DNA of 63,814 bases, filler included, from Octopus bimaculoides (taxonomy: Eukaryota): the NCBI RefSeq assembly GCF_001194135.2. It is 7 parts of 6 records of this genome, joined end to end, with 100 filler letters (N's around TTAATTAATTAA, not from the genome) between each part and the next. Parts side by side here need not be neighbours in the genome. Positions count along the whole stretch, not along the records: positions 22,201 to 50,806 come from NC_068982.1; positions 50,907 to 56,589 come from NW_026312438.1; positions 56,690 to 60,822 come from NC_068986.1; positions 60,923 to 62,447 come from NW_026411945.1; positions 62,548 to 63,814 come from NC_068986.1; 2 more parts are not named here. One strand, 5' to 3'. Below the pieces are notes generated by a model. It was not told the origin of the DNA, ran no database searches, and saw only the letters and a program-made list of their open reading frames with translations. The position numbers and the translations under genes are program-made. This document shows, piece after piece, positions 49,183 through 63,344 of this stretch (position 1 is the first letter of the stretch; the number at the start of each line of letters is the position of its first letter).

Positions 49183-49620
49183 ATTAGAGTTTCCAAGACT
49201 TTAAAACAACTTTATAAAAGGTGTTGAAAGTGTCGTCCATCATTTTCAAAACATAAAACTTAATTTCTTTTTTACTGTTGTGTGAGCACTTCCTAGGTTG
49301 ATTTCTGTTTCCTGTGACAATTTGCGTAAGGTCTTTGACGGGCTTGCCAACAGCTTATCAGAAATATTGATGAGTGTTTCGTCTTCCACTGACCCCGTGT
49401 TTCTAAATTTTCTTATCAAATCCCGCACAGTGTCACGATATGGAATAACAGTATTTCGTAAAGTTTCATTGAACTTCTGTTTCACAGTATTTGTGTATTT
49501 GTTTCCAGCTCGAAACACCCATTCACCTAGAAACGTACGTTCTTCAATGGTTAGCGTGTCGACAAGCTGAAGGGTTACACGATGACTGAAGCATCAATCT
49601 GGAACGTTAATCGAGATCTC
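49183..49620 (-). mobile_element. Tc1/mariner transposase remnant with DUF4817-like N-terminal HTH
   Basis: LTIEERTFLGEWVFRAGNKYT...VRDLIRKFRNTGSVED...RKLSQET, then NDGRHFQHLL* (a C-terminus). Confidence 0.65.
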
Positions 49621-49887
49621 TGCTTCAACCATCGGCAAAAATAATCTTTTTTTCTTCTTCTAAGATGCATTTTTACCCGCAATGACAAAGAAAATGATAC
49701 GATAAAATGTCCCAATCCCTGGTACTTCTATTTTGACACTGGCAAGATGAGCTGCAATTTTTGTTTGGTATGGGAAGATTCAAAGTATCTGTCGGTTTAA
49801 AATATGTCAGTATTCAACAATTTAAAAATTTAGTATTATCACCACACAAGCAATGAAATTTTTAAAATCACTTTTTAATAAATATAT

Positions 49888-50275
49888 GAGCAGGAGTGGG
49901 AGCGTGGTAAGAAGTTTGCTTTTCAACTACATGGTTCCGGTTCAGTTCCACTGTGTGGTACTTTGGAAGGGTCTTCTGGTATAACCTCGGATATAACCTT
50001 GTGAATGGGTTCGGAAGACAGAAACTGAAAGAAGCCTGTCTTATATATGTGTGTGTGTGTAAATGTTTGTGCCTGTGTTTGTCTTAGTGCCTTGACAACC
50101 ATGTAAATTTCTTTTCGCTCCCGAAACTTAACGGTTCGGAAAAAGCAACCGATATAAAAGGTGCCAGCCTTTAAAAAGAATAATAAGCACTGATCTAGAT
50201 TCCTTCGGCTAAACTTCTTCACGGCAGCGTCCCAGTATGGCCGCAGTCTAATGACTGAAACAAGTAGAAGATGAA
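49888..50275 (+). mobile_element. SINE family A, diverged
   Basis: Head GAGCAGGAGTGG, tail CCAGTATGGCCGCAGTCTAATGACTGAAAC. Confidence 0.8.
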
Positions 50276-50760
50276 ACGATATACTGATCTTTTATATAGA
50301 TCGAGGTAACATTACCGACGTAATATTCGGACTCCTTTACATAATTCCGTTAGCGTAAATTCTGTTAAAGTAATGAACGATTGAATCCTTTTAATTTGTG
50401 AATGCAAACCTGGTCGATTTGTATGTTACTATGCATTGTTAATATCCATAATTTCCTGTTGTTAATGTAGTTGACTACAGCTAATTAATTTAAACAGAGT
50501 CTTGATTAAATCCCTTTTCATTTCCGTACAGCGTCCTATTTTGCATAACATTTATTTGCAATGAATTGCTCTCCAGTAAGATCCAACAGCATAGTTGATT
50601 AAACAACCCGAAATATTTTCTTTGTAGTATTGTATAGAATTTTGTTTGATCAAAAAGGTTTATAATACTCTTTTTAAAATAAATAACATTCATAATATTG
50701 CGTGTCTACTGCAGAGACACATCGTTCAAGAAAGAAGCAAAAATGGAAGATATATATATA

Positions 50761-50806
<46 letters not shown>

Positions 50807-50906
50807 NNNNNNNNNNNNNNNNNNNNNNNNNNNNNNNNNNNNNNNNNNNNTTAATTAATTAANNNNNNNNNNNNNNNNNNNNNNNNNNNNNNNNNNNNNN
50901 NNNNNN

Positions 50907-51500
50907 TTTCATTAAAGATGACATGGGCGCTCTAAAGCAGGGGTCTTCAAACTGTGGTCCGCGGACCACAGGGGGTCCGCAAGGACAAGACAGGGGGTCC
51001 GTGGACAGCAAATACTTTTTATGGGCAATTTGATTTTATATATGTTTTTTAATCGAAATCTTTTAATTGACAATAAACCTATTTTGTTAAATACTGTTAA
51101 ATAAATACATGTAAAAATATATGTTATTTTAAGCAAATATTTATGTATAAATTTCATAAGCGTTTATAAGGGGGTCCCTAAGGTAAAGCCTGAAATATAA
51201 AGGGGTCCGCAAGTCAAAAAGTTTGAAAACCCCTGCTCTAAAGCATGCTACAGAAAGAGGAAATATGGAGACAATTTTGGTTAGTTTGGATGTGACCAGC
51301 CTCTACACAAATAACGACTAGGGTTAGAAGCAGTAGAATTCGGAATGGACAAATACCTCCAGAGAGTTCAGAAGAGTTTTCCGAAAGAATTTATTCTGAG
51401 ATTAGAAAATAACTTCTTTGACAAACAATATTAAATTTACATTAACAGTACTGCAATTGGCACGAAAGCTTTACCCACGTTTCTAACGATAGTAATAGAA
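50907..51500 (+). mobile_element. Penelope-like reverse transcriptase remnant interrupted by a hAT MITE
   Basis: After removing the MITE it reads FIKDDMGALKHATERGNMETILVSLDVTSLYTN...FPKEFIL...TAIGTK. Confidence 0.75.
50938..51235. mobile_element. hAT (Charlie-like) MITE, 298 bp
   Basis: 8-bp TSD CTCTAAAG at 50930-50937 and 51236-51243. TIRs CAGGGGTCTTCAAACT and AGTTTGAAAACCCCTG (15/16). Internal GGGGTCCGC repeats. Confidence 0.92.
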
Positions 51501-51746
51501 GGCGGCTATATGCGGAGCTATTTGTATGTAAGTACAAGCATATGGGTAGCTTTATGTGTATAAGATATGTCGAAATATATGTATATATATATATATATGC
51601 AGTAATATATACGGTATAGATATAAATGGTTATATTTGTCTTCGTATAAGCATGGGCGTATTAATGAGGTGGAGTGCTTGTTTCTCAGCGATGTTTACTC
51701 AATTGGAATGTGTATACGAGCGTCCATATATATCTGAATATATGTG

Positions 51747-51778
<32 letters not shown>

Positions 51779-52111
51779 TATGTATATATATATANNNNNN
51801 NNNNATATATACAATATATTATATATATATATATCAAGAGAGAGCGGGGTATGTGTGTATATATATATATATATAAATGCATCCTCATGTAGCAATGATG
51901 TCAGGCTATTAAATATGTCAATAAGCTGATGGCCAAAATCAACATATTGGTAAATATTCGGCTGGTTGATTAAACAGGCCAGACTGAGATGATAACAGAG
52001 CGATAGATCCGTGTCTGTCGGACTGCATGCCTGTACGTCTGTGTAATTGTGGAGTTCGCTGTCTATTGAATTGCACGCCTGTTACTCCAGTTCTGTTTGA
52101 ATGTCTGTACA

Positions 52112-52192
52112 TACGAAGGGGTGTCGAAATGTGCCTGTCCTTGGGTAAAAGAAAATACAGCAGGATAAGTTAATTATGATTTTATTGAACAT
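52112..52192 (-). mobile_element. Mariner 3' end, same family as 398-612
   Basis: TACGAAGGGG...CTTGGGTAAAAGAAAATACAG...TTTTATTGAACAT. Confidence 0.65.
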
Positions 52193-52222
52193 CATATATG
52201 TGTGTCTGTGTGTGTATGTATG

Positions 52223-52253
<31 letters not shown>

Positions 52254-52864
52254 ATATATATATATATATATANNNNNNNNNNNNNNNNNNNNNNNNNNNN
52301 NNNNNNNNNNNNNNNNNNNNNNNNNNNNNNNNNNNNNNNNNNNNNNNNNNNNNNNNNNNNNNNNNNNNNNNNNNNNNNNNNNNNNNNNNNNNNNNNNNNN
52401 NNNNNNNNNNNNNNNNNNNNNNNNNNNNNNNNNNNNNNNNNNNNNNNNNNNNNNNNNNNNNNNNNNNNNNNNNNNNNNNNNNNNNNNNNNNNNNNNNNNN
52501 NNNNNNNNNNNNNNNNNNNNNNNNNNNNNNNNNNNNNNNNNNNNNNNNNNNNNNNNNNNNNNNNNNNNNNNNNNNNNNNNNNNNNNNNNNNNNNNNNNNN
52601 NNNNNNNNNNNNNNNNNNNNNNNNNNNNNNNNNNNNNNNNNNNNNNNNNNNNNNNNNNNNNNNNNNNNNNNNNNNNNNNNNNNNNNNNNNNNNNNNNNNN
52701 NNNNNNNNNNNNNNNNNNNNNNNNNNNNNNNNNNNNNNNNNNNNNNNNNNNNNNNNNNNNNNNNNNNNNNNNNNNNNNNNNNNNNNNNNNNNNNNNNNNN
52801 NNNNNNNNNNNNNNNNNNNNNNNNNNNNNNNNNNNNNNNNNNNNNNNNNNNNNNNNNNNNNNNN

Positions 52865-53457
52865 GAGGATATGTACAACGAGTGATAAAAATAAAACACC
52901 CAGTCAACATCATGGTGTTTAGAGTGATCACGAGTGATGGCGACATTATGTCACATTCGTCTTCCCACACGGCCTCAGACTCAACACGGAGGCCTACATC
53001 AAGTGCCTGCAGGACGTAGTGCTGCCCTGGGTCAAGAGGGTTGCTGCTGAAAGACCCTATGTCTGGTAACAGGACTCTGCGCCATGCCACACAAGCAGGA
53101 GGGTCGCAGTCATGGCTGTCAAACAATTTCTGCGACCACATCACCCCTAACTACTGGCAACCTAACTCCTCACACTGCAACCTCACTCATTGTTATGTGC
53201 AGGGCGCAGTTGAGCGAGAGACTTACAAAACGTGTAGCACTAAAGATGAACTGAAGGTAAGGATTATGGCAGCATTGACCAGCTTAAACGTCTGGAGGCC
53301 GTGGTTGAAGCCAATGGCGATCTTATTGAATAAATTTACTCTTTAGCATTTCAAAATATTTTTATATAATTTTGATAAACATATGTGTTAAAATGAGTTG
53401 TCAGTGTTATTTTCATTTCTGCGTAATTAGACGATAGTTTATTCACCACACACTGTA
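52865..53457 (+). mobile_element. maT (DD37D) transposon 3' half with terminal repeat
   Basis: Frameshifted VNIMVF...VVLPWVKRVAA...DSAPCHT...CDHITPNYW.PNS, ending TTTATTCACCACACACTG-TA. About 37 residues from the D of DSAP to the degenerate third catalytic position. Confidence 0.85.
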
Positions 53458-54687
53458 TTTATGATATTATCTGTGTAGTAACCTTATAATGTCTCTAATA
53501 TTATGCAAACTAGCAATTCCCTTAAACCTTTCAAGCCAGCCTGCACTAGCAAGGCGAAGCTGTGTAGCAAATCTTCACGCCATATAAACGTTTTAGCGCT
53601 CGCTTGAATGGCCATCGTGCTTGTAGACGCATTACGATCATTTTGATTGACCAAGCCACACGTGAGTCAGTTCCATTTATGCATTACTCCAGATCGATGA
53701 GCCGTTCCATTTTATCCATTACGCCAGATCGATGAAAACACAACAATGTGCACTGTACACAGATAAGAGCTATTAATATTTTCTTGCTGTGGAGACACGT
53801 GGTTAAGTAGGTTTTTTATAACGTGACTTGTGTCTTCTCACCAAGACACTATTAATAGTTACCTTTATACTGTTTACATTAAATAACACACAAACATAAA
53901 CATACATACATAATACATGCATACATACATGCATACATATACATACATACATACATACATACNNNNNNNNNNCGGATCTCTTTTGCCGAACCGCTAACTG
54001 GTACGAGGACGTGAACAAACCAGCGTTGGTTGTGAAGCGATAGTTGGAGAAGTGGGGTGACAAATATAGACAAAGACACACACACACACACACACACACA
54101 CACAAGAATATAACATTTATCTATATGTATGTATGTATGTATCTATGTATGTACATATCCTGGGACACATATTTGCATATCGGCGCAAACAATTGTATAG
54201 AGATGTACACACACATAAATTGCTTGTTCGATCGGTGAGTCGATCGATCGTTCGATCGATCGACGGTGGGATGGATAGACTGAAACAGAAGCACACTCCT
54301 ACGCATCCGTACCGCCACACAGCCACGTTGACGCACATAGATACACTCAGAAACGCAAACACACGTAGGAACACATACACACACACACACACACACTCAC
54401 ACAAACATACAAACATACACAGAGGCGCAGTTGAGGGGCTGCTGCAAAGATCCTGGATATAGGGTGTCATGGAAGTCCTGGCTGGAGGAGCAACTCTCCC
54501 AGTTCTTTTACAGGGCTCAAAAAAACCGAAGGTTCGAAACGTCAAAGACATTTCCCACTTCCCAAGCATCAAACTAATATACCTATGCTTGTGTTTGTCC
54601 ACCCACCATCGCTTGACGCTCGATGCTGGTGTGTTTATATCCCTGTAGCTTAGCGGTTCGTAGAAAGCGCCCGATAGAGAGGGAGGA

Positions 54688-54771
54688 ACATGTTAAATAA
54701 AATCACACTTAACTAATCTTCCTGTACTTTTCTCTTACCCAAAGCCAGGAGCATTTTAGCACCTCATTGTA
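54688..54771 (+). mobile_element. Mariner 3' end, same family as 398-612
   Basis: TCTTCCTGTACTTTTCTCTTACCCAAAGCCAGGA. Confidence 0.6.
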
Positions 54772-54812
54772 TATATAAAAACATACATACATACATACAT
54801 ACACACTCACAC

Positions 54813-54853
<41 letters not shown>

Positions 54854-55355
54854 GATCAGAGTATAAGATGTTATACATCGCTGATCACTATATGCTTCCC
54901 ATTTGTGTTTTTTTAAATTTTTTTTACATCGTGCTTCTCTTTCCATTCTGGAAGGTTTCAACGAAATCATTTTGACATCGTTATGGGGGCCTACAGTGTG
55001 TGATCTTTTCGATCTCTTGGATACGGGTCAGCAATTGTACAGGCTCAGCTATTATTTGGGACGATTGCGACATCTTCCGCTATTGTTGCGCTTTCGTTAT
55101 TCTGCAGTGGCGTCCTTGATTCCGTTCTCGAATTGCTTCAGTTCAGAGATTTTAGACATGCTCACGCAATGATATTTTTCGAATGGATCTTTCCAGGATT
55201 CCTTTGTGCGGAAAGCACTTGAAAACAGAAGTGCTCAAAAGAAACAAAGACACTCGGTCGAAATCCTATATCAAGAATAGTCTCTTCAATGTCACCCCAC
55301 CTCATCCAACGCTCTTGTACGCAGAAACAGGGAGGACCATCAATGTATGTGTGCA

Positions 55356-55414
<59 letters not shown>

Positions 55415-58400
55415 NNNNNNNNNNNNNNNNNNNNNNNNNNNNNNNNNNNNNNNNNNNNNNNNNNNNNNNNNNNNNNNNNNNNNNNNNNNNNNNNNNNNNN
55501 NNNNNNNNNNNNNNNNNNNNNNNNNNNNNNNNNNNNNNNNNNNNNNNNNNNNNNNNNNNNNNNNNNNNNNNNNNNNNNNNNNNNNNNNNNNNNNNNNNNN
55601 NNNNNNNNNNNNNNNNNNNNNNNNNNNNNNNNNNNNNNNNNNNNNNNNNNNNNNNNNNNNNNNNNNNNNNNNNNNNNNNNNNNNNNNNNNNNNNNNNNNN
55701 NNNNNNNNNNNNNNNNNNNNNNNNNNNNNNNNNNNNNNNNNNNNNNNNNNNNNNNNNNNNNNNNNNNNNNNNNNNNNNNNNNNNNNNNNNNNNNNNNNNN
55801 NNNNNNNNNNNNNNNNNNNNNNNNNNNNNNNNNNNNNNNNNNNNNNNNNNNNNNNNNNNNNNNNNNNNNNNNNNNNNNNNNNNNNNNNNNNNNNNNNNNN
55901 NNNNNNNNNNNNNNNNNNNNNNNNNNNNNNNNNNNNNNNNNNNNNNNNNNNNNNNNNNNNNNNNNNNNNNNNNNNNNNNNNNNNNNNNNNNNNNNNNNNN
56001 NNNNNNNNNNNNNNNNNNNNNNNNNNNNNNNNNNNNNNNNNNNNNNNNNNNNNNNNNNNNNNNNNNNNNNNNNNNNNNNNNNNNNNNNNNNNNNNNNNNN
56101 NNNNNNNNNNNNNNNNNNNNNNNNNNNNNNNNNNNNNNNNNNNNNNNNNNNNNNNNNNNNNNNNNNNNNNNNNNNNNNNNNNNNNNNNNNNNNNNNNNNN
56201 NNNNNNNNNNNNNNNNNNNNNNNNNNNNNNNNNNNNNNNNNNNNNNNCGAGGACGTGAACAAACCAGCGTTGGTTGTGAAGCGATAGTTGGAGAAGTGGG
56301 GTGACAAATATAGACAAAGACACACACACACACACACACACACACACAAGAATATAACATTTATCTATATGTATGTATGTATGTATCTATGTATGTACAT
56401 ATCCTGGGACACATATTTGCATATCGGCGCAAACAATTGTATAGAGATGTACACACACATAAATTGCTTGTTCGATCGGTGAGTCGATCGATCGTTCGAT
56501 CGATCGACGGTGGGATGGATAGACTGAAACAGAAGCACACTCCTACGCATCCGTACCGCCACACAGCCACGTTGACGCACATAGATACANNNNNNNNNNN
56601 NNNNNNNNNNNNNNNNNNNNNNNNNNNNNNNNNTTAATTAATTAANNNNNNNNNNNNNNNNNNNNNNNNNNNNNNNNNNNNNNNNNNNNATATATATATA
56701 TATATATATACCAATTTAGCTAGGTGTAAAATTCACCTAAATGTTCTTCAATATCCGAAGAATTTACTGTTTTATATCGGCATTATTTGGGTCTTGATGT
56801 ATGTATATAATCTATTCTTTTATGTCCGTATAGAGTTAGTTTCGTTTGTCGTTTTGTTTATGTGTCGGTAAGTATATGTATCTGAGTAAATGAATAATGG
56901 GGTATATATGTAGATATAGCGTATTATTCTTGTTTAATTAGTTGTTTTGTCTCATTGTTAGTACGTGGGACATTTCGTTTATATTGTATTTGTTTTTGTT
57001 GTAAGTATATATTTAAATGTTTTTTTTTCGTTGACCCTATCGAGTTGGTTTTGCTTTTCGTTTTGTTTCTATAAATGGATAAACAGTTACTTCCCCTGCA
57101 TTCTAATATTCAGATTCATAATATAAACCCTTTCATATAGATATAAATTCTTTTACTTAGATTTGAAGTAATATATTAATTAATGCTTTAGAATAAATAG
57201 ATGTGTGTTTGAATTGAATACGAATGCATATTGTAAAAAAAAATAGATATATGTGTATGTACATATATATATGTATATNNNNNNNNNNNNNNNNNNNNNN
57301 NNNNNNNNNNNNNNNNNNNNNNNNNNNNNNNNNNNNNNNNNNNNNNNNNNNNNNNNNNNNNNNNNNNNNNNNNNNNNNNNNNNNNNNNNNNNNNNNNNNN
57401 NNNNNNNNNNNNNNNNNNNNNNNNNNNNNNNNNNNNNNNNNNNNNNNNNNNNNNNNNNNNNNNNNNNNNNNNNNNNNNNNNNNNNNNNNNNNNNNNNNNN
57501 NNNNNNNNNNNNNNNNNNNNNNNNNNNNNNNNNNNNNNNNNNNNNNNNNNNNNNNNNNNNNNNNNNNNNNNNNNNNNNNNNNNNNNNNNNNNNNNNNNNN
57601 NNNNNNNNNNNNNNNNNNNNNNNNNNNNNNNNNNNNNNNNNNNNNNNNNNNNNNNNNNNNNNNNNNNNNNNNNNNNNNNNNNNNNNNNNNNNNNNNNNNN
57701 NNNNNNNNNNNNNNNNNNNNNNNNNNNNNNNNNNNNNNNNNNNNNNNNNNNNNNNNNNNNNNNNNNNNNNNNNNNNNNNNNNNNNNNNNNNNNNNNNNNN
57801 NNNNNNNNNNNNNNNNNNNNNNNNNNNNNNNNNNNNNNNNNNNNNNNNNNNNNNNNNNNNNNNNNNNNNNNNNNNNNNNNNNNNNNNNNNNNNNNNNNNN
57901 NNNNNNNNNNNNNNNNNNNNNNNNNNNTAAACAAAAAAAAGGACAGAGAAAACATCGAGGTCTGTTAGGCAAGACGAGAAAAAATATAAATATACTGAAC
58001 GCTGTGATTTGATAAGAAACTTATATATGTGAATATACATGCGTGTATACGTACATGTGTGTTTGTGTGTGTGTGTATACATACATGATAGGTGTATGTG
58101 TGTATATGTAAGTATATATATATATATATGTATGTATGAAAGTGTGTACTGTGCAGCATGATCAGTTATAGGACTGATTAATTATAGATTTAAATTTAGG
58201 ATTTTACGTAATTACAGTTAGATTATTTATTATTTTTTTTTATTTATGATTATGCTCGCTCTTAAGAAGCGTTTTCACGAAGCCTTAGCAGCTACACATT
58301 TTTTCAATTAATTTTTTTCGTGAATTTTTGAAAAAGATATGTCGATCTGATGAAGTATCGTTACATATTTAAACGGATTTGATTATTCTTGAAACACTTT

Positions 58401-58520
58401 GTTTTATTAATGAAGCGGATGTAGCTGTAATTTATGAGATTAGTCATGTTTGCATAAAATATTTAAATTGAATGGAAATTATAATTGTTGAAATGATTGT
58501 TTCGTATCACTTTCCATGTC

Positions 58521-58598
<78 letters not shown>

Positions 58599-60778
58599 GT
58601 GTGTATAAGACACAAATGAGACGATGTTCAGGGAATCGTAAATTAATAATAGAATTAATAGTAAACAATTTTACCAATTTTGCCAATTAATTGACGATTC
58701 CCTGCCCTTATTCTTGTATATTTTATATTTCATATCTCTAAGTTAGATGGTTAAACCGTAATGCCTTCCACACGGGACTTTTTTTCATACAGGACTATTT
58801 GTGACGCACATGGAATAGATTTCTTTGAGGTGAGATGCCGAAACTCACTGGCCGATGAATTCGTAAGTGCCTTTCTTATCGTTGATTTTTGGTGTCGCAT
58901 GGCCAAAAATTACCGTGAATTTTTTTTAGAGACACTTTCAAATTTATCACAATATTTGGACTGAAGATTGGAATAGAGAAATTTTTCTTTCGCTTAACCA
59001 TGAANNNNNNNNNNNNNNNNTTCAAATATATATATACATATATGTATATATACATATATATAATAATATTAGGGACGAAATCCAAAATTACAGGTAAAAA
59101 ACTCAATTAAAATCAATTTATAAAAAAATAAAATTAAATTGAGCCTTATAGATAAAGTATATATAAAATATATATAGTTTTAGGGAAAATAACCAATTTT
59201 CAAGAACTCATCGATGAAAATCCACTATCACATATACAAAAATTAATAATTAAAAGCACAATAAATGAGTATAATATAAAGTAAAGTAAATATCATAAGA
59301 TAAATATAATAAAAAGATTACACGTGTTTCATAACCAATTTTCAAATATATATATACATATATGTATATATACATATATATGATATATAGACATATAATA
59401 TCTATATATCTATATACATCTAAATAACATTCGCATGTGCACCATGGCGGGTGTGTGTCTTGCAAGCAACTTGTACAAGCAAGGGCTACCAGTCGAAATG
59501 TGTATGGAATCATCCAGATATTCCTTAATACAACTTTACAAATAGATAAGCTACACAGGCATCAGTACCATCTCCATCGGCAAAACCATTTTACGTGGAG
59601 ATTCTAAAAGAAAATGTTTACATTATATATGCGGCTTTAGGCATTGGAGAGGCACGTCCTCACACTTCTTTCAAATTCAGTCGCGTATTTGTGTGTAGAA
59701 ATGTTTTAGCAAATTGTCTTTCGGGATTTTCGGATATTGAGCCGTAAATCTAATTTACCCATTACATGAGTTTGTACATAGGTGCACCTTAATGTTTGGT
59801 TATATTTGCCATTTACTTATCGGGAAATCACGTGTGAAATGCCTGTATAATTCTATAATTGAATGACTATATGTAATTTAGTTTAATCATTTACACTTTT
59901 TACTGGTGTAAATCTATTGATTAAGCTTAGTTCAATAAAAAATTCATATAATGCATTCAATCTTCCGTTTGTTAATTCCCCTTCCCCTATGTCAACATAC
60001 ATACGCTTTAATCTTTAAAGAGGAATCAGTGATGAAATATGCTCACTTGCTTCGCGCTGCTACATATAAAAACAAGATCACAATTTCACAAGTTAATTTC
60101 ATCAGAGCATACATTATAATGTCTTTGGCTACAGCTTGAGTTGTGATGGTAGAAAATATCACAATAGAAATGGTTCTTATCAATCTGTCTACACACAGTC
60201 ACATCAACGTAAACAAACCATGCGCTGAATACTCAAAACTGTACCGTCTGTATTATACTTTTGATCGACACAAGTTTCTACCTAAAGAAAAGCAACTAGA
60301 ATAATATCTTAACCAACGTTATAATTCATTACTGATGAGTTAGAAAAAACCCAGAATATTCACGTTTGTAACGCCTTTATCGTAGATTTTTGTAACAAGG
60401 CTCTTGAATTATAAAGCACAGTAACAATAAATACAACCTACCGAATAATGCAATGTTTATGTATAGACATTATACGGAATTACAATTTTCAGTCATACGC
60501 ACATTCAGTAATCTCATTGTGCTTTACGAAATTCAAAACGTATTTCACCATGGAACAAGAAAGTACTTACATTTAAAGATTGCCACCGTATAACAAAATC
60601 TAAGTAATGGTTTCATTAAAAACGTCTGAACAGTCTCTGCTGAGTAATTTGATCATCAAATTGTCAAAATATTTAATCCATTTCAAAAAAATATACACAA
60701 AAGAAACAAATATGTGGACGGTTTCAAATGGAAAGTGAATTTAGTCTACAATAAACTCAGTATATAACCCAACCCGTC

Positions 60779-60822
<44 letters not shown>

Positions 60823-62857
60823 NNNNNNNNNNNNNNNNNNNNNNNNNNNNNNNNNNNNNNNNNNNNTTAATTAATTAANNNNNNNNNNNNNNNNNNNNNN
60901 NNNNNNNNNNNNNNNNNNNNNNTAATTATTACAATTAAAAGGGTAAAGGATTATCAATTTATTAATTTATTAGTGAATTAATAATTAATAATTTTTACCA
61001 AGCCCTTCGGTATGTAAATCCATTATCGGTGAAGAACTTATTTAAAAGTTCTTATACATTTATAAACATAAATTGCTTGTGACGCACATGGTAATTCTTG
61101 AGGAGGGATAAGAACTGGCTGGCCTATGTAGGTTCGGAGATGGTTTCAAGTTGTGCCGATGCATGATGTCGCTCGGTCATGCATGCACAATTGCTAGCAT
61201 CATCGAATTTGCAACTGGAATATCATACTGCTGAGGTAATGAAGAGTTTTCTCTTCTAAGCCAGAAACGCGTCTATGATTAACTACGACTAGTTTGGTTC
61301 GATATTTTTTCTTCTTGTTTTGCCTTTGTGAGTTACAGGTAATGCTATCTGTTGGAGTTTCAGCACTTTAGCTGCTATTTCTGAACAATAAGTACCAAAT
61401 GAATTAATATGAAATACTTATTTTATAAAGATATAAAAATTATTAAAAATATCAGAATATCAAAATAATAACCATTCAATAATCCTCCCTTCATCCATTA
61501 TAATAACATGTATATTATATACAAAAAACAGCTTATATAAATTATCATTTTTTAAAATTATCATCGTTTTAAATACAATTTGAACGAAGTTTAAGTTTAA
61601 AATAATAATGAAGATAAAATTAATACATATTTAACCGGTGTAATAGTTAAAGCTATACTATTTAAAGCTAAAAACGTTTATTTAATTATCATTAAAAATC
61701 AATTGAATAATAGAAAAATACAAGAATATTTATTTCTACAAACGTAAAAATAAAAATATGAATGAAAATTATGAATGAAAAAATTATGAATGAAAAAATT
61801 AGGAAAGAAAAAAATTATTAAGAATAAAAGATTAAACTTTATACATATATACAAAGTTTTAATTTAAAAGAACCTTTAACGATATTATAAAAAATAAAGT
61901 CTAATTATTAATCAAATATTATTAATCAAAAATAATCGAAAATATATCAACACTATTCAAATCGAAGTTCTAATATTATGTTGAAATGAAACTATAACTT
62001 CTAAATAATTTTCTGTTAAATAAGTTATCTATTAAAAATGATCTATAAAGAACCAAATGAATAATATGAAAAACAAGAATACATATTATTTTCAAATAGT
62101 AGAAAATCTTTAGCAAAATAAAAACAGTACATGTCCATATTTTTCCGTAATTCAAACTAAAACTAAGACGTTATCTAATAGCTATAGCGTTTTAAGCAAG
62201 TGGTCGCGCGAAAATACTATGTTAAAATAGAGAATAGAATACGAAAACATGAATGAAAGAATAATACTTAAAAAAATGAATGAAAAATTTAAAATTTATA
62301 TAACTAACAACACAAAAAGAACAAAGAACTATAGCTATCTTATAAAACATATTAATAAAATTTAAAAATCTAATATATAATAAATTAATAATAAGACTAA
62401 GAGTCGTAAATTAAATAACATTATGAAATAAGCTAAAATACTACTATNNNNNNNNNNNNNNNNNNNNNNNNNNNNNNNNNNNNNNNNNNNNTTAATTAAT
62501 TAANNNNNNNNNNNNNNNNNNNNNNNNNNNNNNNNNNNNNNNNNNNNGAAGTTAATGTCCAAAGAAAATGGATTGGAATCATTTACGAAAAGATTAATAT
62601 ACATCATTTATTTTTCCTTCTAACTTTTCCATTCTTTTGGAGGAGGACGGAATCACTATTATTTGTTTGGTGTGAGAACGAGTTTCTTTGGAGTTCTTTC
62701 TTTTTGCTTTGCTTATTTTCATTTTACTTATTCTTTTTTTTCTTTTCTTTTTTATCTGTCCGGAGAAAAAAAAATTTTTCTCAAATTCTTTTGCTCTTGC
62801 CGCTTGTTTTCTCATATTCGTTCTTCCTTTCTTTCTCCCATATTTTTTGTTAAGTTA

Positions 62858-63020
62858 CGAGGAAATGTCTGAGATGGTATGAATTTTGCCTCCCAATCAC
62901 ATGGTTCCGCGTTCAGTCTCCTTGCATGGTACCTTGGGCAAATCTTTTCAACTTTAGCCTCGGGCCGACTAAAGCCTTGTGAGTGGATTTGGTAGACGGA
63001 AACTGAAAGAAGCATGTCGT

Positions 63021-63078
<58 letters not shown>

Positions 63079-63290
63079 CTATGTGTGTGTGTTTGTGTTT
63101 GTGTTTGTCCCCATCACTCACCGCTTGACAACCGGTGTTGGTGTGTTTATGCCCTTGCAACTTAGCAGTTCAGCAAAAGATAGAATAAGTGCTAGACTTA
63201 AAAAAAGAAGTACTGAGGTCGATTCATGCGACTAAAAATTAAGGCAGTACCCCAGCATGACCGCAGTCTAATGACTGAAACACAAGATAT
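62858..63290 (+). mobile_element. SINE family A
   Basis: CCTTGGGCAAATCTT core, internal (TAGA)n, tail CCAGCATGACCGCAGTCTAATGACTGAAAC. Confidence 0.85.
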
Positions 63291-63344
63291 ATGCTGAAAT
63301 CAGCTGTGTTGTCTTATTTATCGGTCTTTCGGAGCTCATATTGC

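Noticed and set aside
54490-54552. TCTTT...GAAACGTC-AAAGA, resembling a minimal hammerhead 3' half
   Set aside because: The CUGANGA core is absent (ACAGGGC in its place).
54900-55180. Possible Tc1 N-terminus on the minus strand (ELKQFENGI)
   Set aside because: Too degenerate to support.
54005-56589. Apparently identical 341-bp direct repeat (54005-54345 and 56249-56589), including a (GATC)-rich palindromic patch
   Set aside because: The second copy is an isolated contig between gaps and matches through microsatellites. It is most likely a redundant haplotig or scaffolding artefact; long reads are needed.
58335-59345. Scattered CTGATGA (58347) and GAAACACGTGTA (minus, about 59317-59328) half-motifs
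   Set aside because: They are on opposite strands or lack pairing stems, so no complete ribozyme can be drawn. The same applies to 20654, 37475 and 60332.
61400-62447. Very AT-rich kilobase with short ATTATGAATGAAAAA repeats
   Set aside because: No ORF, termini or structure beyond low complexity.
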